From the NCBI RefSeq assembly GCF_006345805.1, contig NC_043022.1:13330001-13394000 (forward strand): a DNA stretch of 64,000 nt. The letters are read 5' to 3'. Positions 13,673-27,809 of this stretch are shown piece after piece. The notes under the pieces are model-generated. The model ran no database searches. It saw only the letters and a list, made by a program, of their open reading frames with translations, and was not told the DNA's origin. Both the position numbers and the translations under genes were made by a program. Source of the stretch: Octopus sinensis. Its lineage: Eukaryota. Numbering within the stretch: position 1 is the stretch's first letter; each line of letters starts with the position of its first letter.

Positions 13673-13946
13673 GTGTATATGATATATATATATATATATA
13701 TTATATTTGTATCTATATATATATATATATATAATATATATGTGATATATTATATATATATGTATTTTATATAATATATATGTATATATGTGTATATATA
13801 TATATGTATATATTATATATGTGTATATCTATAATATGCTGTATATATATGTGTATATATATATATATATGTATATATATATGTATATATATGTGTATAT
13901 ATATATAATTGTATATATATATATATATGTTATTATATATATAGAA

Positions 13947-13980
<34 letters not shown>

Positions 13981-14032
13981 TATATATATCTATATATATA
14001 GTGTTATATATGTATATATATATGTATATATG

Positions 14033-14088
<56 letters not shown>

Positions 14089-14574
14089 ATATATATATAG
14101 TGTATATATATAATATATATTGTGTATATATATAATATATATATATAGAATATATGTATATATATATATATATATATATGTGTGTATATATATATATATG
14201 TGTGTATATATATATATATGTGTGTATATATATAATATATATGTGTGTAATATATATATATGTGTGTTGATATATATATATATATATATATTATATATAG
14301 GTGTTATATATTATATATATATATATATATGATATAATATATATATATATATGTGTATATATATATATATATTATATATATATGTATATATATATATATT
14401 ATATATTATATATTATTGTGTATATATATATATATATATATATGTGTATATATATATATATATGTGTATATATATATATATATATATGTGTATATATATA
14501 TAATATATATATGTGTTATATATATATATATAGTGTATATATATATATATATAATATGTGTATATATATATATA

Positions 14575-14617
<43 letters not shown>

Positions 14618-14897
14618 ATATATATAGATATATATATATATATATATATATAGTGTATATATATATATATGTGTATATATATATGGTGTATATATATATA
14701 TATATGTGTATATATATATATATGTGTATATATATATATATATATGTGTATAATATATATATGTGTATATATATATATATAGTGTATATATATATATATA
14801 TGTGTATATATATATATATATGTGTATATATATATATATGTGTATATTATATATATATATGTATATATATATATATAATGTGTATATATATATATAT

Positions 14898-14935
<38 letters not shown>
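11020..14935. repeat. ~3.9-kb TA-rich compound microsatellite
   Basis: (TA)n interrupted by CA to the left of 11850 and by TG to the right of 12089. Confidence 0.95.
11851..12088. repeat. 238-bp near-perfect palindrome inside a TA microsatellite
   Basis: Arms aggaataaaa...gcaatcttc / gaagatgc...ttttattcct; loop TTTC at 11968-11971. Confidence 0.9.
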
Positions 14936-15070
14936 GTTTGTGTTTTGGTATTTAAAAAATTTCTCAAAAAATCCCCCAAAAAACTGGTTTCCAATGAAGG
15001 AGTAAGATTCTACCTTTTATATAAGTTTGGCAACATTATTTCTGTGGTTGCATATAGATCCATGCATGGG

Positions 15071-15324
15071 GGTACTTACTTAAGAAGAGTGGCCCCCGGT
15101 GCGCGCACTCGCGTACTCGCGCTAGCAAGTCGTGACTAGTCGATCCTTACTTTGTGTTTCTGTTTTTAAAAAAATTATCTACTTTGTTTAAAAAGAATGA
15201 TTTATTTTGTGTCTTATTTACTTTGCTAGGTAGTCGTTGTAGGATCGACTAGTGACGACTAGCTAAGCGCTGACGCGCGAGCACGCCAGTGCGCACACCG
15301 GGACCACCCTTCTTAAGTAGTACC
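15071..15324. mobile_element. Second copy of the 3664-3912 MITE family, inverted orientation
   Basis: Shared TIR GGTACT..TAAGAAG..CCGGTGCGCGCACT..GCTAGC.AGTCGTGACTAGTCGATCC. Confidence 0.75.
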
Positions 15325-15541
15325 CCAAGCATGTGTATGTCCACTTTTGATATTGGTTTGCATGCATGTACGTCCTTGACTGTTTAGATTTGTTTGTTTA
15401 GACTTCGGTATGGTTCTACCACCTAATGTTTTACACCTGTATTTCCTTAATTACCCTTGTTAATTATAGTCTAATTAGACTCTGCTCCTTAATGTTACGT
15501 ATTCAAACACCCCCGCAATAATTACAGATATGTATCTAGAG

Positions 15542-15727
15542 CAGTGGTTTTCAAACTTTTTGCTGGAGCGGAACCCCAAGGAAACATTCCACTGGCTCGG
15601 GGAACCCCTCTGCAATAATTTAATAGTCTTATGCACAGGAGAATTAAAAATTACTGCCGATTTTAGCAGTCTTGTAACTTCTTGCGGAACCCTAAGGTTC
15701 CGTGGAACCCTGATTAAAAAACCACTG
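15542..15727. mobile_element. hAT (Charlie-like) MITE
   Basis: CAGTGGTTTT...AAAACCACTG termini; perfect 8-bp TSD ATCTAGAG. Confidence 0.85.
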
Positions 15728-15757
15728 ATCTAGAGTTATGAGCCTGGTTGTAGTATT

Positions 15758-15856
15758 GGCGGAGGTAAACAATACGCACACCACTCGTTTTGGGCGTAAC
15801 TCTAACCCCTATTCCTAATCCTAAACCCCGGGTGGGGCGTATTCTTTACCTTTCGC
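15758..15856. mobile_element. 99-bp MITE with ~20-bp TIRs, TSD TGTAGTATT and degenerate CCCTAA core
   Basis: Direct repeat at 15749-15757 and 15857-15865; TIR ggcggaggtaaacaatacgc / gcgtattctttacctttcgc. Confidence 0.65.
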
Positions 15857-17239
15857 TGTAGTATTTACAGTTATTGCATATACCTGACATAGGCTGGCCG
15901 GATCATCATGATCCGATTCATTTGTTATTGGGAGCTTCTAGGCCCATACTACTGGTGATCATACGTGTCACTTGGTTTGGTTTCAATGGCTGGATACTCT
16001 TCCTATTCACCAACCAGTTTAACATTTCCTCATAGTTTGAATAGTTCCCAGTGAGACACAACTTGAGCGGCCTCACAGCTCATCGTCTTCTCTGCTCGGT
16101 TGCTGACCACTTTACGCACTGTCCTAAGTTTAGTTTTTTTCTGTGACACCTGTAGAATACAGGTGGTTGTTGTCCTAATCTCTAATCCCTCGCCCAATAT
16201 CAGTGGTTCCCAACCATTTTTTTTTTTTTTACCTATGAACCCCTGTGACTCCGATTTGGCGATCCTTCGGTATAAGTACACACATGGCTTTGTTTACATT
16301 TCTGAAGATAACAGAAACCCTTTTCTCCCTAACCCTAACACAAACCCTAACCCCTCATATATATAAAAAAAAACAACACTTTCTTGGAATGTATCCGGTA
16401 CTTCTGGTACTTATACCGAAGTTATGCCCTCCAATTTTACTTGAATGAATCCTTAAAGCCATTTGATGTTTAAAAACCCTATTAGACTTTTACAGTTAAA
16501 TATTATTAGGGATGGCATAAGAAAATGTTAAAGTATTTCGTGATAGTAGAAGTAGAGCCAGTTTATTGCATATAATTTTTTTTTTACAACAAAATCTTAT
16601 ATGGACTCCAGTTGAGAACCATTGCTGTAAAGGGATGTGAGGTGCTGTGTAGGCTTTTATATTGTGGCACCAGCACAGGTGGTAGAGTGCCTTGTACATG
16701 GTAGATGTAGGACTGTCACAAGTACACTGCACCCCGTGAGACTTTCTTAATGGCACACCAATGAAAAATTACCTTGGTTTTGTTTTAGTAGTGTAGCCTA
16801 CTTGATGATCCATTTCTTGTTCGACCTGCTTCTAGAGTAAAGGTTTCCCACGTCTGGGTGTGGAGAGTATTTAGTAGCCTATGAAGTATACACAGTAACT
16901 TAAGAAGGGTGTGATTGAGAGAGAGAGCTAAAGCAGTGACAGCAGAAAGGTCAGAAAAGGTTGAGTAGGGAGATAAGACTGTAAGTGGAGAAAGTATGCA
17001 GTGACCGAGGCTGGTAGATTTACTTAGCTGGCTTAAGCGAGGTGGATAGGAGAGAGAGAAGAGTGACATGAGAAAGACCTGAGTGTATGGCTAAAAGGAG
17101 GAAGAGTGTGATAGAAAGACGGGGTTATGTAAGAAGGTTAGTGAGTAGTGATGATGGTGGATGAGATAAAGGCAAGAACAGGTGATTAGCGGCAATAGGA
17201 GTTACACAGAGGAGCATGACAACAGATATAGCATAAGGT

Positions 17240-17558
17240 CCAAGAGTGTGTTGTTGTTTCTTCCTTCTCGAGCCATGCCTGGCTCATAAGGGCTGGTTTC
17301 CCGGTTTCCTTGGCGTATGGGTTCCCCACCTGGATGGGACGCCAGTCCGTCGCAGGTGAGCTGCAAGATGCAGGAGGAAAGAGTGAGAGAAAGTTGTGGC
17401 GAAAGAGTCAGCAGAAGTTTGCCATTACCTTCTGCCGGAGCCGCGTGGAGCTTAGGTGTTTCGCTCATAAACACACACATCACCCGGTCTGAGAATTGAA
17501 CCCACGATCCTGTCGACCGCGAGTCCGCTGTTCTAACCACTAAGCCATGTACCTCCAC
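17240..17558 (-). mobile_element. tRNA-derived SINE (third head type)
   Basis: Minus strand: TGGCTTAGTGG (A box), GGTTCAATTC (B box), body ...ggatgggacgccagtcc. Confidence 0.7.
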
Positions 17559-18257
17559 AAGGTCTAAGAGTGTGCTGGGTACAGTCTTTCACACACGGGC
17601 CTAGTGAAGGGCACGTTAGACAGATAAGGATGATGACTGCCACAGCCTCATTACTCTTTTTACTAAGTTGTTTTACTAAATTCTTTGTTATATTTAAAAT
17701 TAATTGAAAGAAACACAGAGCATCTCAAAATAACGAAAGGGTTAAGAATGGCATCCAACCATTGAAACCAAGCCAAAACGGACTATGGAACTTGGTACAG
17801 CCCCTAGACATGCCAGTTTCTGTCAAACCGCCCAACCCATGCCAGCATGGAAAATGGATGTTAAATGCTGCTGATGATGATGAATACAACCTCCTCGTTA
17901 AGTTGGAGATGAAGACTACCTTATGATACTAATACTGCTTCTGGTACCATTAATTATTTTTTTAAACATGGTATTTATATATTTTTATTCAATTTTTTTT
18001 TTTGACTGGTTACTGGAGTGCGGTCATGCTGGAGCACTACCTTAAGGGTTTTTTTAATGCCTTTCAACCCCAGTAATTAATTTTAAGTTGGGTATTCCAC
18101 TTATGATCAATGTTTATTTGTTGAACTGCTGAGTTAGGATACACCCTTGGCATTAAGTGGCATAAACGATCATATATACACTCACACATGGATGTGTATG
18201 TGTGTGTATATATATGTGTGTTAGGAGGCACAAGCACTTACACACACACACACATGT

Positions 18258-18295
<38 letters not shown>

Positions 18296-19444
18296 ACACA
18301 TGACTGTAACTTCCTCCTACCAACTTCGATCACAAGGCTTTGGTCAGTCCGAGGCTATAGCAGAAGACACTTACCCAAGGTGCCACACAGTGGGATTGAA
18401 CCCGAAACCATGTGGCTGGGAAGCAAGCTTCCTAACTACACAGCCATGCCTGTGCCGAGGGGCCGCACCACACTCCAGTGAAACCATGCCAAAATCAGAC
18501 TGGAGTCTGTTGCAGCCCCTCAGCTTGCCAGCCCTGCTCAGACTGTCCAACCCATGCCAGCATGGACAGCAGATGTTGAATGATGAGGATGATGATGAGG
18601 ATTGTATGTATGTATGTATGCAGGCATATATGTTTGGCCTTGGGTACTTGGAAACGGATAAGGGTTGGCGATGGGAAGGGCATCCAGCCATAGAAAATCT
18701 GCTTCATTGAATTCCATCTCTACCCATGCAACCTTGGAAAAGTGGAGATTAAAACGATGACAGTGATGCTGCTGCTGCTGATGATGATGACACACACACA
18801 CACATACATATATACATACATACATACATAGTCTGCCAAAAAGATGTAAACACATTTCTGGAAGGGAAAAATCTGTTATGAATATTTAACTTGTATAAGT
18901 ACCCCTATAAATATAGACACCTCTTTCAATGTTTTATCGAACTGCAATAACACTGAATTAAAATATTTATGTAGATTTTCCTTTTCTGTAGTGTGTATAT
19001 ATTTTTTTGGTGGACTCTGTTTATACACACACACTGCTATGCTTCATCTTTAACATCTGTCAATACCTACCCCCACCTCATCTCATTCACTGTAGTCATC
19101 CCTTCATAACTCTGACTTCCATCTCTGTCCCTGTACCACTCTCCTTCTCTCTCTCCTCTCTCTCCCCCACCTCACATACCATCTCTCTCTCTCTCTCTAT
19201 TGTCTGATCTCTCTGCAGGCTTATTACAACTGCTGTTCTCTATCCTACCTTCATCACCACTTACCACCTCCTGCATCCTCAGCTGTTTCTTTTACCTTCT
19301 TCCAGCACAACTTATTCTTGCCAGCAGAGTGAACTGGAGCAACTTGACATAAAGTGTCTTGCTCAAGGACACAACACACTGACAGGAATTGAACTCACGA
19401 CCTCACAACCACGAGCTAAAACCCCTAATCACTTAGCATGCACC

Positions 19445-19480
<36 letters not shown>

Positions 19481-20586
19481 CTTTGCTAGAGTTATTAAGC
19501 ATGTCAGCAGTTGTCCTTGATGGACAAGGTGTCTTCCTTTTCTTATCTTTATTTGTTCTATTTACGATACAGCTGTCAAAGGAATGACAGATGTACAATA
19601 AATATACATGTGTGTGTGTATGTATATCTATCTACCTGTATCACACACACACAGGTAATTTCTTCTCCCTTGTGCACAACTTTTGTTCACAGCATTTGAA
19701 TGCGATGCTGCATCAGCAGTAATTGTGCATGTCACCTTCATGTTTGACAATGTGGGGGACTTACCCAAAATACACTCTGCTAGAGTTATCAACCATGTCA
19801 GCAGTTATCCTTGATGGACAAGGTGCTTTCCTTGTCTTCTTATCCTTAATTGTTCTATTTATGATATTACCTGTCAAAGGAATGACAGCTATACGGTAAA
19901 TATACATGTGTGTGTATGTATACCTATCTTATATATATATATATATATTATGGAGATGTACTTGCATAGCAAGTGACCCGATCTGTGATCGTGTGCTGGA
20001 ACGAAAACAGTTGCAACGTGGAAGGTGTTTATAAGCCATTTAAGAAACACACAAAAACCGTTAGATTCACTTCAACAATTAAATTTAATTTGTCAAAATA
20101 TTTTCGTTGCTTTGAGACCGCGACCTGTTCACTGACAAAATTCCATGCTGCATATATATATCAAAATAAGCAACAAGGATATCCAGAGGTAATGCAGTAC
20201 GATCGTTTCATGCGACTCCCTAGAGAATAAAAGAATTACATTGCTTATTGCTATTGTTGTAGCAGAGTGAACTCAGGGAGAAAATACTTAAAGCTTTCTA
20301 TAATCTGGAGTGGCAGAAGAAAATGACAATGGAGGGGTCAAGAAAGAGTAATGGTGATGTAGCTACATTCATCTTTTGTCACAATCAAAAGATCCAATGC
20401 AGCGAGTATTCTACGCCTCCTTAGAATAAAAAAACCCGTTTGGAATTGGGAGTTGGGTTCTTGCTGTTGGTGATAAATGAATGAATTGTCAGATACTCTT
20501 TCCTGCTCCCGTTTTATTGTGACCATAAAACCAGCCATGTTTACATAAAAAGAACATGAATAGAGAAAGAGGGAAGGCAGAAGACT

Positions 20587-20618
<32 letters not shown>

Positions 20619-20864
20619 GCACACACACACACGCATGCACACACGCACATGCATATACATACAACTAGAGAAAGGACTTTATTTGTAGATTTAATGTTTT
20701 ATGAGCGAACACAATACTGAGATCAATGGATCAATGAAATCAACTAATGTTGGGTGTATGGTAAAGGGTGTTTGTGTGTGTCTGTATGTATATAAATACA
20801 CACACCCATATATATATGTGTGTGTGCGTGTTTACATATGTATGTGTATTTTTATATGTGTGTG

Positions 20865-20902
<38 letters not shown>

Positions 20903-20903
20903 C

Positions 20904-20944
<41 letters not shown>

Positions 20945-20992
20945 CTATATATATATATATATATTATCTATATATATACATATATATATATA

Positions 20993-21243
20993 CTGTTGTG
21001 TCTGGGGAGAGTAATTTTCTTTTTGTGCCTTATAATTTGACACACTCATCGGTAAAATTTCCACTTATTTCTTTCTATTTTCCTGAAAATTTTCGTTGTG
21101 TCTTGCAGCCTTTTCTGACTATTGAAAAGGTTGCAAGACGGAACGAAAATTTTTAGGAAAATAGAAAATAAGTGGAAATTTTACCGGTGAGTGTGTCAAA
21201 TTATAAGGCACAAAAAGAAAATGACTCTCCCCAGACACAACAG
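20993..21243. mobile_element. Fold-back element, ~120-bp arms
   Basis: ctgttgtgtctggggagag...ccttttc / gaaaagg...ctctccccagacacaacag; 8-nt loop. Confidence 0.85.
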
Positions 21244-23449
21244 AATATGCTTCAACACACGAACTCACATAAAGAATCTTACAAACCAAATCTAAAGCTT
21301 ATATAAAAATACCATTATTATTATTTACATGTATATATATATAAATGTGGCACATAAAAAGCACCATCCGTCTGTGGCCGTCTGCCAGCTGCGGGTGGCA
21401 TGTAAAAAGCACCCACTACACTCACGGAGTGGTTGGCGTTAGGAAGGGCATCCAGCCGTAGAAACACTGCCAGATCAGACTGGGCCTGATGCAGCCTTCT
21501 GGCTTCACAGACCCCAGTTGAACCGTCCAACCCATGCTAGCATGGAAAGCGGACGCTAAATGATGATGATGATATATATACATGCACACACACACACACA
21601 CACACATACACTCTCTCTCTCTCTCTTGGAGTGGTTGGTGTTAGGAAGGGCATCCAGCTGTAGAAACATTGCCAGATCAGATTGGAGCCTGGTGCAGCCA
21701 CTGGCTCTCCAGACCTCAGTCAAACTGTTCAACCCATGCCAGCATGGAAAACGGACGTTAAACAATGATGATGATGATAATCTATATATACACTTACATA
21801 TATGCACATAGTTGTGCAGCAAATTGACAAATTGACTTTTTTATTATACATAATAAAATGTTATTTTTTTATTGAGCTGGCTGATCTGCCCAGCTTGATA
21901 CAATAAAGTGTTTGACTTGACATATCAATCTTTGTATAATGCTATTTATTCTGGCTGCATTCTTTCCGCTAACCCATTTTGTCTTCCTCATAACAGCCGG
22001 TGTCAGGTGTCACCATTCTCTTTCTCTCTTACTTGTTTCAGTCATTTGACTGCGGCCATGCTGGAGCACCGCCTTTAGTCGAGCAAATCGACACCGGGAC
22101 TTATTCTTTGTAAGCCCAGTACTTATGCTATCGGTCTCTTTTGCCGAACCGCTAAGTGACGGGCACGTAAACACACCAGCATCGGTTGTCAAGCAATGCT
22201 AGAGGGAAAAACACAGACACACAAACATATACACACACATACATATATATATATACATATATACGACAGGCTTCTTTCAGTTTCCATCTACCAAATCCAC
22301 TCACAAGGCTTTGGTCGGCCCGAGGCTATAGTAGAAGACACTTGCCCAAGATGCCACGCAGTGGGACTGAACCCAGAACCATGTGGTTGGTTAGCAAGCT
22401 ACTTACCACACAGCCACTCCTGCGGCTATTATCATCATCATCATTAATATCTGTGTTCCGTGCAGGCATGGGTTGGACTGTTTGACAGGATCTTATAAAC
22501 TTAAGGGCCCATGCTGTGCTCCAGTGTCTATGTTGGCCGGACGCCCTTTCTAATGCTGACCCTTTTACTGGATGTACCAGATGCTTCTTTTTTTTTTTTC
22601 GCTTTTGTGTTTTTGTTTTACATGTCACCTGTCCTTGTGAGGTTGCCATACAGCTTGCAAGATGAAGAAAACCCTGAGGGAGGTAGCTTTATGCTAAGAG
22701 ATGATAGTATAACCTTTAAGTATACAAACCAGCCACATCTAGCCAAAATATCGTGCCTATTTTGCATTCAAACTGGCCTGATCCAGCCTCTCACATTTAC
22801 CCTACAATGTCATTCTTAAAACACACAATCTCAAATTAAAATTTCAAAGCTACAAGATAATGCATAATTAATTCAGAATAACGCAAATAAGTAAGAATTA
22901 CTATTAGCTTAGTAATCTGAATAGCAAAAGGTCAGCTCTTAAAGAATCTGTTAATACTTTTCTCACTTTCTACTTTTGTTGCCATCTGTTGCATAAGTAC
23001 TCCATAAATTTATCTCAGGATGTTCCAAGTCAGTTATTGACATAAGGTTTTATGGTCACAGCATCATACATGTTGAAATTGTCGTGATAATAAATCAGTA
23101 GGAATGCAGTGTGTTTCTAATTATCAATGATATGACATTTTTTGTATTGTATTTAAAAATTGGGTTGGAATTCAATGAAATTTTCACAAAATGACGGCAA
23201 AGTTATATTCACGTGGTGTGTAAAAAAAAAAAAACATGAGGTTGCATAAAACAAAGCAGAAACTATGGCCATTTACTCAATTAACGTAAACTTTCACTGC
23301 TTCAAATTACAAGCAAGATGTGATTAAAATTCATGTAGACAAGAAAATATCCAGTTAATTGCTATTTATACTGAAATGAATACATACAGTCACAATCATG
23401 GAAGAAATAGAAATAAACAAACAAGAATGATAGGTGAGCTGGTTAGTAA

Positions 23450-24400
23450 GGGGTTAGTAAGCCTTTGTTTGAAATAGGTTGGGAAAGGCGCAAGTTCAGG
23501 GGACATGCTAGTTTCTGGATCTCCTCTGATTTTATACCATAAGATACATCCACTATTGCTTGCCATAGGTCATCCTTGCTCCTAAATTAGCATATGTTCT
23601 TGTAAACTCATCACTTTAGAATACTCCACAAGTTTTCTATTGGGTTTTTAAGTCAAGGGATCAGGCAGGCCACTTCATCTTCCGAGGTCCACAGAAGCCT
23701 AATTGCCACAGATACTCTGTAGTTTTCTTCACTGAATATCTTGCATGAATATTATGGTTGTCTTGAAAGTGATCCTTTACTTTTTTGAACCAAGGTTCAA
23801 GGTGCTCCCTCAGAAAGGCTATGTAAGCATTTTAACACCATCAGGCACTTTCCAAAGATCAACCATAATATCTGCCCAAATCATGATGCCCCCTCCCCTT
23901 TGTTGACATCTGAAGTGTTGATGGCAATCTTGTCCATTTACAACCCTTCCCTTGCTCCAACCATCAAGGTCCATCAAGGGTAGCACGAGTTTCGTCTGTA
24001 AACAAAACTTTTGAAAAGTCAACCTTTATGTTATAGTCTACCCATTTCAGATGATTTTATAATTGTATTTTGTTTAAAGGTGACCTTTGAACTGATGTCA
24101 CTGGTTTACTGACCTTTTTCAGAAGACAACATCATGGTGTTCTGGACACAGTCGTTTCACCAATGTGCTTGAAAACTTCTCCACCTGTAACACCTGGCTT
24201 CTTTACAGCTTCATGCTTAATTCATGACAGAGAACATTGAGAAACAGCCCTCGATTGACCCTTGTTGGCTCTCTTAACTATCTTCGTAGGAGCTGTAACA
24301 ATTTTTTTTACAGTTTGGTGATACTTTCCAATTATTTTAGGTATTTGTAACGTTTATTTACATTTTGCAAATTCAGAATAACGGAAGCAATTAAGACATA
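23450..24400 (-). pseudogene. Degenerate Tc1-like transposase (approximate limits)
   Basis: Fragments DGWSKG...QRGGGIMIWA, WPA.SLDLKP, SKDDLWQAIVDV and HTH-like VSRTP..RSPL, with frameshifts and stops. Confidence 0.8.
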
Positions 24401-24793
24401 TTTACGAACCATAATTACTTGATTATCAGACCACTTGTTAATAATTTGGAACACTGAAAGTTCATGGAAATCATGCAGACAGCTACAGTCTGTTTAGATT
24501 TTTGCAAAAGCTCACAATTTTTACATACCCCATGCGTATATCTGTTGCCATCATTCTGTGGAAATTTCGTTGAAAGCCAGCAAGTAGTTTTTAAATGAAA
24601 TAAATATTACGTTGTTAATAATTTGATTTGCAGTGTAGTGGAATATCACACATTATTCAATACCTAACAACACTTCACTTGTCAGGTCTAATCTCACTGA
24701 GAACACTTCAGATAAGATAGCTCTCCTACAATGTCTATATATATATATATATTTTTCTCTGTCTTCCCTTCTCTGGATCTTTCCTTCTCCTAT

Positions 24794-24826
24794 GTTTCCG
24801 ATGAAGAGCTGCTCGAAACGTTAAAC
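24794..24826 (+). ncRNA. Minimal hammerhead motif, same repeat family (copy 1)
   Basis: GUUU-CCGAUGA-A-GAGC-U-GCUC-GAAAC-GUU-AAAC. Confidence 0.5.
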
Positions 24827-25882
24827 CCTCCTTCTTTCCTTCTTTCCTGAACGTCCAATAATACTATATTTGTTCCACGTCCTCGCGTTGTGTTTTTTTG
24901 TGCTTTCTTATTTGGATTAACTATATATACACACACACTCACACATTTGACGGGCTTCTTTCAGTTTCCGTCTACCAAATCCACCCACAAGGCTTTGGCC
25001 GGCCCGAGGCTATAGTAGAAGACACTTGCCCAAGGTGCCACACAGTGGAACTGAACCCGGAACCATGTGGTTGGGAAGCAAGCTTTTTACCACTCAGCCA
25101 CTCCTGCACCTATACATATGTATATATATATATTATATATATATACACACACACATTCGACGGGCTTCTTTCAGTTTCCGTCTACCAAATCCACTCACAA
25201 GGCTTTGGTCGGCCCGAGGCTATAGTAGAAGACACTTGCCCAAGGTGCCACGCAGTGGGACTGAACCCGGAACCATGTGGTCGGGAAGTAAGCTTCTTAC
25301 CATACAGCCACTCCTGCCCCTATAATTCATGGTTAATTCAAAACAATGTGAATAGATAAGGGTGACATTTGACAAAGTAGTCTGAATGTGAAAGGGTTAG
25401 CCCCTTTACCAAAACTTTCCATTGGAACTGTTTCTTTCAAACTGTTATTTGATGACGTCAAAGAAACAGGGGGCACCCTGTCCCCTATTACAGTTATACA
25501 ACATATTCAGGAAAAATAGTTTTATAGTGCAATTGGCTCCTTAGTTCAGTGACTCTCAATCATTTTTTATTCATGGACCCCTTTGCTTCTCCTTTTATTC
25601 AGGTGGACCCTTTATAAACATTAGATTTAATTATTATTGTTATGGAGTCAAGTGAGGTAGGAAAAAAAAATATATATCTTGGTTAATATTGGTTTCAAAT
25701 TTTGGCTCAAGGCCAGGTACTTGGGAAAGAGATGAAGTTGTTTACATTGACCCAGAAAGAATGAAAGGCAAAGTTGACCTTGGTATAATTTTGCCTGGCG
25801 TGCTAATGGTTCTCCCAACTTGCGGCCATCTTCTGGATTAATATTAGCCTATTGTAGAGTGTCAGGGATAAAATTATCTTTA

Positions 25883-26103
25883 CCCTTTCGCTACCGTATT
25901 TATTTTGAGATGCTCTGTATTTCTTTCAATTATTTTAAATATAACAAAGAATTTAGTAAAATAACTTAGTTACCATTCAGCTAGTGTTAAGAACATAAAT
26001 TGTGACTAAGGTTTGGTGGAAGATTTTAATTCAAAACTTATGAAAACAAGACATTTATACTACTGAGCCAGAGCCGGTTTCAGCCAGGTTGGTAACGAAA
26101 GGG
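25883..26103. mobile_element. piggyBac-type MITE family A (221 bp)
   Basis: CCCTTT termini; TTTA/TTAA flanks. Confidence 0.75.
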
Positions 26104-26134
26104 TTAAGAATTGTTTCTCTATTATATATTTTAA

Positions 26135-26356
26135 CCCTTTTGTTACCCTATTTCTGTTGAGATGCTCTGTGTTTCTTTCAATTAATTTTGAATCTAACAA
26201 AGAATTTAGTAAAACAATTTAGTTATCATTCAGCTAGTGTTAGGAACATAAATTGTGACTAAGGTTTGGTGGAAGATTTTAATTCAAAACTTATGTAAAG
26301 AAGACATTTATACTACAGAACCAGAGGTGGTTTTAGCTGGGTTGGTAACGAAAGGA
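26135..26356. mobile_element. piggyBac-type MITE family A (222 bp)
   Basis: TTAA on both sides; homologous to 25883-26103. Confidence 0.75.
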
Positions 26357-26749
26357 TTAAGGAAGTGGCCCAACCTTGCATGTAGGCCCTGGGGTAACGT
26401 TTCGAGACCTTTTTATGATAAACAAACTACATGGTATGCATCATCAAAAACAAAATACTTTTATCCACCAAAAACTAAAATTGAAACAAATCTAGTCCAT
26501 TTAAAAAAATTTTCTTCATTGTTGATATTTGCTCAACAAATCACAAATTAAGATTATCTTTTTCTTCTTTTCATCTTTGTAAGTTTTCATACCTTATCTC
26601 TACAGTGTTTCATAACGTTTGATTTGTGTTGTTAAACAGTTTCTGACTGGACAATGTCTATATTCCGACTCCGTTGTGTCATGGCTGTGACCACTAATGA
26701 TTTATTTGTTCCCTGCTTCTGTGATTGCTGTGATTACACTTCCTTGTTT

Positions 26750-27100
26750 GCTATGACTCTACCCATGTAATAGCTGTGACATGTCTTAATAATTCCCTCC
26801 TTTCCTATGACTGTGCTGTGTCATAACTGTGATTCCATCTTAGTGACCCTTTCCCTCCTTCTGTGAATGTTGTGATCATGTTTGTTCATTTCTTATGATT
26901 CTACCCATGTAATAGCTGTGACATGTCTTAATAATTCCCTCCATTCCTATGACTGTGCTGTATCATAGTTGTGATTCCATTTTAGTGACCCTTTCCCTCC
27001 TTCTGTGAATGTTGTGATCATGTTTGTTCATTTCTTATGATTCTACCCATGTAATAGCTGTGACATGTCTTAATAATTCCCTCCTTTCCTATGACTGTGA
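26750..27100. repeat. 142-bp tandem repeat, ~2.4 copies
   Basis: acccatgtaatagctgtgac starts at 26761, 26903 and 27045. Confidence 0.9.
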
Positions 27101-27809
27101 TGCTTCGTAGATGTTACCCACCTGCATGATTCCCTTTCCCTGTGTCATAGCTATGACCTGTCAGAAATATTTCTCCTTGTTGTGAGGTGCAGACATGACT
27201 GTGTGGGTGTGTGGCTAAGAAGTTCGTTTCCCAGTCTCGTAGTTTTGGGTTCAGACCCGCTGCATATCATTTTGGGCCAGTGTTCCCTAAACTGAACAAA
27301 GCCTTGTTTGTAGAAATGGTAGACAGAAAATAAAAGAAGTCCACCACATATATATATATATATATATGCAGGTATGTGTGTGTGTGTATGTTTTGACATC
27401 TTTTTAACAAGAACCATTGTCATGCAAATTGTAAAAATATTGAGGATAAAATATTACGTTGCTAGGAAACAGGGTTGGTGACAGGAAGGGTATCCAGCTG
27501 TATAAAAATCTGCCTCAGCAAATTCCGTCTGACCCATGCAAACATGGAAAAGGGGACGTTATTAACACAGTGATGATGATGATGATGATGTGACTCATAA
27601 TTGAAATGATCTGTCTTAATAATTCCTCTTCTATCATAGCTTGTCGGTCATAATTATCATCGCTTCCCTCATTTTTCCTTCATAATTTCTCCTCCCATTG
27701 TTTCGCATCCAACTCCATGTTTGTTTGTCTAATACTCTCCTTTCCTCCATCAAACACATTTCGAAAACTTTCTCATATTTTGATGTAATAATTTTCTCTC
27801 TGCTGTGTC

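Noticed and set aside
11373-14994. Many long ORFs of the YIYI/MCVC/HTHT type here and throughout the window
   Set aside because: They are translations of (TA)n, (TG)n and (CA)n microsatellites with no coding signal.
16785-17069. 94-aa minus-strand ORF
   Set aside because: No recognisable domain; probably an old retroelement remnant.
17455-17472. UUAUGA-GC-GAAAC hammerhead-like string on the minus strand
   Set aside because: It lacks C3/G5 and closing stems, and aligns to the common SINE central motif tgtgtccttgagcaagacac.
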